Source: a virus
Lineage: Duplodnaviria; Caudoviricetes
Length of the DNA stretch: 64,000 nt
Reading direction: 5' to 3' (one strand)
Virus record (IMG/VR): IMGVR_UViG_3300014969_000001
Location: 1 to 64,000 of that record
Shown piece by piece: positions 57,393-64,000 of the stretch. Each line of letters opens with the position of its first letter. The stretch's first letter is position 1. A program made the position numbers and the translations under genes. Under the pieces are notes generated by a model. That model did not search any database. It was not told the origin of the DNA and worked only from the letters and a program-made list of their open reading frames with translations.

Positions 57393-58687
57393 GCTTCAAC
57401 TGCTTGTGTTGCCGGCTCTACAAACTCTACTTTCAAATCTCCGCCTTCATGGTCTACTTGTTCTATAAAGAACTGCAATCCATTGGCATCACCCCAAGCG
57501 AGTATCATATCCATTGTTTTGTTGCTTAAACGGTCTGCAACGAAGCGCAAGAACTTAGCCTTCTTCATAAGCGGCAACTGTAACTGCAATGCCGCCATCT
57601 GAAGGGTTGCTGTATTGATAGTGGATTTATTAAATGGTAATTCCCCCAAGAATAAGCCATCCTCATTGAAAGTCATTCCTTTCACCGGGATATTGCTTTC
57701 CTCTATCATCTGGCGCTTCTTAGCATTTAAAGCTGCCAGTTCTTCCTTAGCTTCACGCGCTTGCTTATCAGCTTCATGCATCTCTACATTGCGAGCGGCA
57801 CCAGCTTTTGCTTTGCGGATCTCAATATTGCGCGCTTCCTGGTTACTGAAAGCTTCACGAAGGGATTCCACATCTTTCGGAGCATTGTTCGGCTTCTCTA
57901 ACCACTCACAGCCTTTATTAATGCGGCTGATAACTGATCGCTTCTCATTGGCTATTTCATCTAGGCGATTCATCAAAGCTGATACCTCATCATCTAAGTT
58001 CTCAATCCTTGTGCGCATAGCAGCAATCTCGCTTATGATCCCAAGATGCTTTGTATTAAATGCCAAAGCCTTTTCAAGATTCTCATAAGATGCCTGTACT
58101 GATAGTTCTTCTTCGCTGACCAGGCTATAGTCATAAGTTGTATTCTGACATAAAGTATCAAGCTCTTTCGCGCGCTTCTCTTTATATCTCGCATTCTCCT
58201 GAGCAAGCTTTATCTGACTGTCTATTTCTTCAAAGTCTATTCCTGTGATGCTTTTAATGAACTCCAGCTGATCCTTTGGCTGCATCATGAACAGACTATC
58301 AAGATCTAAGTCCACTACACCGATAATCTCATCCAGAACTGTTCTGCCAGCCTTTAAAGCACCCTTCACATTAGAAGCAGTTACAGTAAGCTTATTGCCA
58401 TCTTTCTTGTCAAACTGTGAATGAACTGTATAACTCACACCAGCATCATCTTTCAAATGAATCTCAGCAAAAGCTGATTGAGCATTTGTATTTACAAGAT
58501 TGGTAGGCTGATCACCTGCAAGCTTTTTAGGAAGCTTCTTTGTAAGAGTCTTGAAGATGGCATCCAATAAGGAAGTTTTACCCATTCCATTATCAGCTGT
58601 CACCCATACATGGCGACCATTAACATCTAAATCAATGCGGCCATCAAGACGGCGGTAATTCTCAATTATTACTTTTTCGATTTTCAT
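57389..58687 (-). CDS. SMC/RecN-like AAA ATPase with coiled coil
   Basis: MKIEKVIIENY, ADNGMGKTSLLDAI, long coiled coil, QFFIEQV. Confidence 0.8.
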   Translation of the reverse strand: MKIEKVIIENYRRLDGRIDLDVNGRHVWVTADNGMGKTSLLDAIFKTLTKKLPKKLAGDQPTNLVNTNAQSAFAEIHLKDDAGVSYTVHSQFDKKDGNKLTVTASNVKGALKAGRTVLDEIIGVVDLDLDSLFMMQPKDQLEFIKSITGIDFEEIDSQIKLAQENARYKEKRAKELDTLCQNTTYDYSLVSEEELSVQASYENLEKALAFNTKHLGIISEIAAMRTRIENLDDEVSALMNRLDEIANEKRSVISRINKGCEWLEKPNNAPKDVESLREAFSNQEARNIEIRKAKAGAARNVEMHEADKQAREAKEELAALNAKKRQMIEESNIPVKGMTFNEDGLFLGELPFNKSTINTATLQMAALQLQLPLMKKAKFLRFVADRLSNKTMDMILAWGDANGLQFFIEQVDHEGGDLKVEFVEPATQAVEA

Positions 58688-58980
58688 ATTATTGAAGGTA
58701 GAGGTAACGGATTTTCTTTAGTTCCTATTTGCCCAGTTACAGGCCAATCCTTATTAAAGTCATAGCGACTCTTTAAGCACTTAGCATGATAGGGTGGTTC
58801 ATCATCCATGAATATAACCAGATCTGCTTTCAGGAATTCAGCACGATTCCGAACATCATAGAAAGTTATTTCTTCGCACGCTTTCTTCTCGGCTTCTTTG
58901 CGCAAACCAGAGCGAGCGATCTTTAGAATGCGGGGAAGTCTATCTTCCACCGCATCTAAATATTGACTAATTCCCGACAT
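58684..58980 (-). CDS. Hypothetical protein
   Basis: 98 aa; translationally coupled on both sides. Confidence 0.7.
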   Translation of the reverse strand: MSGISQYLDAVEDRLPRILKIARSGLRKEAEKKACEEITFYDVRNRAEFLKADLVIFMDDEPPYHAKCLKSRYDFNKDWPVTGQIGTKENPLPLPSII

Positions 58981-59618
58981 TAAAGCTTAGACTCTACTTG
59001 ATTCTCTACTAAATCTTCTTTTGATTGAACAGGTTTAGTAGAGGGCTTATCAATATCTGAATCGCTGCCGGCTTTACCAGTTACATCAGTCTTAATAGAA
59101 TCAAGAATCTTATTAAGGCCATGCAACAATTCGATAGCCTCAATCATATTCTCATTTTTCTTATTCTTCACGATAGCTACAAAATCCACCATCTTAGAAT
59201 CCGGCGTAGATTTCTTCATGAACTCACCCATGAATAGATTCACGCGCTCAGATAATGTCCGGTCAAAGTGACCTCTGATAGAAGTGCTATTCTCACCAAG
59301 CATATAGAATACAGCACAAGCTTCATCATAAGGCAGATCTTGCTCATCTACCCATTTAACCAGGCTTATCAATGTCTGTGACATGATATCTAGCTGATGC
59401 TGCATCTTAAAGTTCAGCATACCTTCTCTTTTTTCGATAGCTTCCAGGCAGGCTGCAACGATCTTTTCTCCTGAAAGCTCCATTACCTGTGCAATAGTTT
59501 CCTTCACAGAATTCATAATGATTTTGGCCATGCCTTCTGAAAGAAAGGTGAATCTTTCTTCAGAGATGCAAAACAGACCTGATACAGTTGGAGCGGAAGC
59601 GTTAATAGTAAATCTCAT
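58980..59618 (-). CDS. Hypothetical protein
   Basis: 212 aa ORF. Confidence 0.7.
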   Translation of the reverse strand: MRFTINASAPTVSGLFCISEERFTFLSEGMAKIIMNSVKETIAQVMELSGEKIVAACLEAIEKREGMLNFKMQHQLDIMSQTLISLVKWVDEQDLPYDEACAVFYMLGENSTSIRGHFDRTLSERVNLFMGEFMKKSTPDSKMVDFVAIVKNKKNENMIEAIELLHGLNKILDSIKTDVTGKAGSDSDIDKPSTKPVQSKEDLVENQVESKL

Positions 59619-59655
59619 GATTTTGTTGTTTTGAGGGTTTATGTTTATTTAATAA

Positions 59656-60408
59656 TTAAAAATCGTCGTTACTTAATGGCTTCTGAGCTGCCATTACATT
59701 AGTAAAATATCGTTTGAAATATTCATAGTTGTTGAGCATGAATGATTCGCCATTCAGCATTGTCTGACAGCGCACACGCTCGGGATCGGTAATTGGTAAA
59801 TCCTTGAATAGATCCTGCAATTCTACTATTTGTTCCGGAGTGGCCGGAGTCTTGAATTTATTGGCTGCCTTAGCTTTCTGATCCGGAGAGGTTACTTCTG
59901 TTCCTATCTCACCAGTTGCACCTTGCATTTCCTCTAATGGCGTTGCTTCATAGCCTGCCATCTGAGCAAGATGCCCGAATACCATTCTGCATACTTTACC
60001 ACCGGCTCTTGTCTGAGCCATTGATTCCAATGAGAATGCTTTCCACTTATCCTTACCACCACCTTCCTGATTATCACAAGAAGCCCAGGCTCTGCCTATG
60101 ACACGATTGGTTGTATTGTGAACTAACTCTACACATGATCGATATTTAAGCACACCAGGCTGAATATGGCTAAGGTCATCAAGGCTTACACCACGCACTG
60201 AACAGCCGAATTGAGCTGCTACATATTGCCATACTTCAAAGTAAATATGCTTTTTACCAGTAATCATCTTAGCACCATTTGTAGCCTGGATATAGGTATC
60301 AAGGTCATAAGCCATGCTTTGCACAAGTGCAATATTACTCATGCGATTTAAATGGTCAATTGAGGGATCAGTTAGACGCAAAGCTGCGCCATCTACATTA
60401 TTTTCCAT
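59656..60408 (-). CDS. Putative ssDNA-annealing recombinase (Rad52/Sak/ERF-like)
   Basis: KKHIYFEVWQ, GRAWASC..E, SMAQTRA.GK, GYEATPLEEM. Confidence 0.65.
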   Translation of the reverse strand: MENNVDGAALRLTDPSIDHLNRMSNIALVQSMAYDLDTYIQATNGAKMITGKKHIYFEVWQYVAAQFGCSVRGVSLDDLSHIQPGVLKYRSCVELVHNTTNRVIGRAWASCDNQEGGGKDKWKAFSLESMAQTRAGGKVCRMVFGHLAQMAGYEATPLEEMQGATGEIGTEVTSPDQKAKAANKFKTPATPEQIVELQDLFKDLPITDPERVRCQTMLNGESFMLNNYEYFKRYFTNVMAAQKPLSNDDF

Positions 60409-60444
60409 ATAATGAAAGAATTAGGGATGAATTATTTTAAGGAA

Positions 60445-60459
60445 ATCAAGAGGAGAAAA
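60445..60459 (-). promoter_or_regulatory. Phage promoter-like motif copy 7 (TTTTCTCCTCTTGAT)
   Basis: Overlaps the stop codon of the upstream gene; 37 nt from ATG 60408. Confidence 0.6.
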
Positions 60460-60658
60460 TAAACCAAGGCCAGAAAATGCCTTTGATAAATCCGATGATC
60501 AGACTAATAGCAATACTGAAAGGACCATAGCCATTCTCAAACATATATGCAGCTTGATAATGGATTGAATAGATAGCTATACCGGCGGCATAGAAGATAG
60601 CAAGCACATAGAGGACTTGCCCAAACATAGATGGTTCAGTTGATTGTTTCATCGGCAT
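60446..60658 (-). CDS. Small membrane protein (2 TM)
   Basis: 70 aa hydrophobic ORF ending IFWPWFIFSS; has its own host-type promoter. Confidence 0.7.
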   Translation of the reverse strand: MPMKQSTEPSMFGQVLYVLAIFYAAGIAIYSIHYQAAYMFENGYGPFSIAISLIIGFIKGIFWPWFIFSS

Positions 60659-60688
60659 TGACGGTTATTAGCGAAGGCTAAAAGATAA

Positions 60689-60718
60689 GCAAACTTACGG
60701 AATTAACCATAAGTTTGC
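60689..60718. promoter_or_regulatory. Back-to-back Bacteroidota -7 boxes (TAAGTTTGC on both strands)
   Basis: GCAAACTTA-N12-TAAGTTTGC inverted repeat. Confidence 0.6.
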
Positions 60719-60739
60719 AATCTTCAAATAGATGTTATA

Positions 60740-61918
60740 CTAAAGAGTTTTGGCGACAACATAACCGAGTTCTTCGGCCATTGCTTTAACTGCTTTCAGC
60801 TTTTCTTTGCGTAATTCCTTCTCACATTGCTGCTGCCACATGAGTTCAAGATTCATGGCTACCTCTTCTTCAATAAGGTTTTCCAGGTAGTCATTAAAGT
60901 CCATTGCCGCTTTGTATTCATCAATTCCATAGATCATCCACTTAGCAGCTTCTATGTATTTCTGAATGCTTAGTATAGCAAAGTAAACTCCACTATGGTC
61001 ATAGTTTACTTTCCCCTCCGAATTGATTTCTTCTTCCAGATTCGATAATGAATTCTCAAGATCATTAAGTAAACCATTAAGAGTAGAAATTTTGTCAATA
61101 CCAAACCAGCCATTACTACGCCCAAAGAAGCCGCTTCTTTCACCGTTTCCGAGTTGATCATAATAATCCAGTTCAGTTACATCACGATTAGCCCAATCAG
61201 TTATCATTGCCTTTATATCTGCCCAGGTTGTAAGCTCATCTAAAGATGGATATCTGGTAGACTTCACACGCTGGTCATAATCATGAAAGGAAATCTCATG
61301 CGGAAGAATAGCTACGCCATCATAGCTATAAGCAAGTAAATAACCTTCAGCTTCACGCTCTGCTTTATATAGTTCAGGATGGGCTTTGCGTTGGCGTTGA
61401 AGGATACCATAGTCACCATTTGTATAAGCGCGTTTTGCCGGTACATTTACGATTGTCCAGCCTTCTTTCATTGGCTGATTCTGACCAGGATCCCATGGAC
61501 GGTTTACTATACCCTTATTCACTGCATAAGCTAATGCTCTTGGAAACAATTCATTCTGATAGAATTGTGAAGAGCTATTAGCACAGCCACCCATTCTTTC
61601 CAATAAACCATTTGCTTCATGCTCCAGCCATTGGTCATAAGCATGCGTGACATTGATATTATTCTCTACTGTCCAAAGTAAGAGTTTCTTCTTTTTAACT
61701 GGCCACCAATCCCAATCTTTCTTAGCAACAAGTTTATTACAAATTTCCAGCAAATCATCATTGTCTTTTGTTTGGTATATCTTGACATTAGCAGCGATAT
61801 ATCCCCCACGTTCATAATTATCTTTAAAGGCAAGACCATCATCATAGATGGCCTTACCAATAGCGAGTAATTCAACATTCGTTTTTGCTTGTAAATCTAG
61901 TTCTTTATACTGCTTCAT
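60740..61918 (-). CDS. Hypothetical protein
   Basis: 392 aa; GFFGRSNGWFG block. Confidence 0.75.
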   Translation of the reverse strand: MKQYKELDLQAKTNVELLAIGKAIYDDGLAFKDNYERGGYIAANVKIYQTKDNDDLLEICNKLVAKKDWDWWPVKKKKLLLWTVENNINVTHAYDQWLEHEANGLLERMGGCANSSSQFYQNELFPRALAYAVNKGIVNRPWDPGQNQPMKEGWTIVNVPAKRAYTNGDYGILQRQRKAHPELYKAEREAEGYLLAYSYDGVAILPHEISFHDYDQRVKSTRYPSLDELTTWADIKAMITDWANRDVTELDYYDQLGNGERSGFFGRSNGWFGIDKISTLNGLLNDLENSLSNLEEEINSEGKVNYDHSGVYFAILSIQKYIEAAKWMIYGIDEYKAAMDFNDYLENLIEEEVAMNLELMWQQQCEKELRKEKLKAVKAMAEELGYVVAKTL

Positions 61919-61925
61919 GTGAGTT

Positions 61926-62279
61926 TTAATCTAAAAATCTGAGGTATTGAAATTGTATGATTGTTGAGTGTTCTTTGCCAACAATAAAACTAGAAACCTT
62001 TAAACTATTCTTGAGAATCTTACCTACACCTTCATAGTGTTTATAACCAAAAGGGCCATCTGCAAGAGCATAAACAGCATTTCCCATTAAAGGCGGATCT
62101 ACATCCGGAACAAATTGATATATAACCTTGCTTTCATGAATTTTAAAGAATTGGCCTTCTTTAAGCTTTCGGATTGTATTGTTTCTTTCCACTTCTATTT
62201 TCTTTGCTTCAACACCAGTTGAAATATTGTCGATAATTGAGTGCAACTTCTTGAATTTGTCGCTATGGTATTTTGTCAT
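61926..62279 (-). CDS. Hypothetical protein
   Basis: 117 aa ORF. Confidence 0.7.
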   Translation of the reverse strand: MTKYHSDKFKKLHSIIDNISTGVEAKKIEVERNNTIRKLKEGQFFKIHESKVIYQFVPDVDPPLMGNAVYALADGPFGYKHYEGVGKILKNSLKVSSFIVGKEHSTIIQFQYLRFLD

Positions 62280-62593
62280 GAGTTCAGGATTATAGCTTTC
62301 TCGATTGCATCTGTCAGGAATTTAGTTCTGATGGGATAGAACTCTACTTTCTTAACCTGGGGATTATAGTAGACACCATCATAATTGCCTTCGCTATCCC
62401 TGTAAATGAATAGGAAATCTTGTGGGTTCTTTCCTTGTTCTATTAACTCATCCCATTCAAAGCTCATGACAGCTTCCATGTTGTTAGTGAGTGATACTCG
62501 CCCGTTACAGTCCTTGAGGACTATAACTTTGCGATCGAATATTCCTGTATGTTCTTCCATCTGATAATCTGAATCAAAGTGTTTCCAGCTCAT
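62276..62593 (-). CDS. Hypothetical phage protein
   Basis: SLTNNME.V...IYRDSEGNYDGV motif. Confidence 0.75.
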   Translation of the reverse strand: MSWKHFDSDYQMEEHTGIFDRKVIVLKDCNGRVSLTNNMEAVMSFEWDELIEQGKNPQDFLFIYRDSEGNYDGVYYNPQVKKVEFYPIRTKFLTDAIEKAIILNS

Positions 62594-62873
62594 TGTTTAG
62601 TTTGTTTTGGGTTTCTACTACGACTGATTGAATTACAATTAACTCGGGCCGCTCCATCATCATCTGGCCGCGGTCCTCATTGGTGCAGGCATAGTATTGG
62701 AATGGCGTGATTTCTTTAACAATATAGCCTTGACTACGCTGCACTGCTATAAAGTCGTTTATAGCTTGTGTTTCGCCTATAAAAGCGCAAACCAAAGTTA
62801 CATCGGGATTAAGGTTCTCGGTTTCGAGAATGTGAAAACAGACAGCTTGTGTCGATATTGAGAGTTCTTCCAT
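62574..62873 (-). CDS. Hypothetical protein
   Basis: 99 aa; first gene after a promoter-like motif. Confidence 0.7.
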   Translation of the reverse strand: MEELSISTQAVCFHILETENLNPDVTLVCAFIGETQAINDFIAVQRSQGYIVKEITPFQYYACTNEDRGQMMMERPELIVIQSVVVETQNKLNNELETL

Positions 62874-62898
62874 GATTGGATTAAATTAGTTTGAATAA

Positions 62899-62944
62899 AT
62901 CAAGAGGAGAAAAAAAGAGGCCACTCCCCAAAAGAAGTGACCTC
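62899..62944 (-). promoter_or_regulatory. Terminator fused to phage promoter-like motif copy 8
   Basis: Minus strand GAGGTCACTTC-loop-GGAGTGGCCTC-T7-CTCCTCTTGAT. Confidence 0.7.
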
Positions 62945-62953
62945 GAAAACAAA

Positions 62954-63442
62954 CTATTCTATTGTACTGGTTAATACTAACTGCAGTAATGTTTCGATGT
63001 CATCATCATCCACATCTGCCAGCATAATCTCCCTGTTTTGCCTAAAGATCTGTGTGGTGGTAAATTCAGGTTTATCTGGCTTTTCAATTGTATTGATATA
63101 ACTCACTGCAACCGGCAACACGCGCGTTCCTTCGTCGATGCATACAATAGCTTCATACAGGCTTTTATATCTTCCTACTACTACCAAGTGATCGTTATAG
63201 GTCCGGCCTTCTGCACCATCCTTACGATTCCATGTTTCATCATCTTCGAATGTAATGCGGTAAATATCCCACAGCTTTATAAGCTCACTACTTTGGTTCT
63301 CATTGCAGAAATCAACAATTGTCTGTGCTGCATAGAGAGGGGACATCGGGCCTTTTAATGTCCAGCCGGCCAGCTCTGTATTCGGTGTGCGCTTGCAAAT
63401 GCTTTTTACCAGCTTCACCTGTGATTTTTTCTGACTTGGCAT
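62954..63442 (-). CDS. Hypothetical protein
   Basis: 162 aa ORF. Confidence 0.7.
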   Translation of the reverse strand: MPSQKKSQVKLVKSICKRTPNTELAGWTLKGPMSPLYAAQTIVDFCNENQSSELIKLWDIYRITFEDDETWNRKDGAEGRTYNDHLVVVGRYKSLYEAIVCIDEGTRVLPVAVSYINTIEKPDKPEFTTTQIFRQNREIMLADVDDDDIETLLQLVLTSTIE

Positions 63443-63446
63443 TTCG

Positions 63447-63818
63447 TTAATTGGCTAGATTATTAAACAATGATTCCTTCAGCGTTAATAGCTGCTCCAT
63501 AGTTTTGATATGAGGAAGATAGGCATAACCGGTGCTTATGATCAGATAAACACTACAGCTGACATTCTCCCATTTAACTTCTCCTTTTGCCCGATCTGCA
63601 CTGAAATCTACATCCAGATACATATGCGGGGTATTAGGAAAGAAGAACTTAAACTCGCGCGAAAGATATTCTGCAGCTTTATCTTCATCCTTATGCACTA
63701 CATCTAACATCACTGTGAATCCGGCGGCTATAAGCTTATTCTTAATAGGCTTAGAAAGCGCCAGGAGTAATACCTGACGCTTTTCCTTTCTTGTAGCCTT
63801 AACCGGCATAGAATTCAT
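63447..63818 (-). CDS. Hypothetical protein
   Basis: 123 aa ORF. Confidence 0.7.
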   Translation of the reverse strand: MNSMPVKATRKEKRQVLLLALSKPIKNKLIAAGFTVMLDVVHKDEDKAAEYLSREFKFFFPNTPHMYLDVDFSADRAKGEVKWENVSCSVYLIISTGYAYLPHIKTMEQLLTLKESLFNNLAN

Positions 63819-64000
63819 CCATAACCTCCTTCACAACCGGATGTGTAACCTCACAGCGATAAGCAACGCCGGCCAATGTCATATTACCACTGATAATACC
63901 GGCAGCCATTAATGCCAGCACCATTCCTGCATTCTCTGAATAGTCTTTCACATCTATCCAGTATTTAGGTGGATTAGGCTGCTCAACCACATTTACTGTA
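63799..64000 (-). CDS. Hypothetical protein (5' end probably outside the window)
   Basis: Open frame reaching the window edge (WIDVKDYSENAGMVLAL..AGII). Confidence 0.6.
   Translation of the reverse strand, partial: TVNVVEQPNPPKYWIDVKDYSENAGMVLALMAAGIISGNMTLAGVAYRCEVTHPVVKEVMDEFYAG

Noticed and set aside
33997-62912. AAAGGAG on the + strand as Shine-Dalgarno sites
   Set aside because: Wrong strand for the neighbouring genes, and Bacteroidota rarely use SD sequences
33960-62950. CRISPR array or mini-array
   Set aside because: Repeats are dispersed single copies ahead of genes, not regularly spaced with spacers
1-64000. Stop-codon reassignment, as known in some crAss-like phages
   Set aside because: Very long ORFs are intact in the standard code, and TAG/TGA terminate genes at sensible boundaries (4195, 6674, 24919, 29996)

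Overview
About 64 kb of a crAss-like (Crassvirales-type) phage of a Bacteroidota host, in the standard genetic code. The + strand (1-31.6 kb) is the end of the virion/late module: a muzzle/tail-stabilisation protein, several cargo proteins carrying a repeated xxGG motif, a 4684-aa virion RNA polymerase (DFDID active site, zincin, degenerate NADAR-like and GNAT-like domains), a 1690-aa polyvalent cargo protein and a predicted surface lipoprotein with a polysaccharide-lyase domain. The - strand (31.6-64 kb) is an early/middle module. It holds a DnaB helicase, primase, SSB-like and ssDNA-annealing proteins, an SMC-like ATPase, thermonuclease, PAPS-reductase-family enzyme, a methyltransferase-strawberry-notch helicase and a PRTRC ubiquitin-like cassette (E1/E2/Ub). 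The non-coding DNA shows a repeated phage promoter-like motif (TCTCCTYYTGAT, 8 copies plus a variant), often fused to terminators, and host-type TAnnTTTG promoters. Most notable are two promoter-terminator-bounded small RNAs (about 34012-34086 on - and 30028-30121 on +). Each displays an anti-start-codon CAU in a hairpin loop and is complementary to the translation-initiation regions of many phage genes. This suggests a multi-target antisense-RNA regulatory system. All family assignments come from motif recognition by eye, not from database searches.
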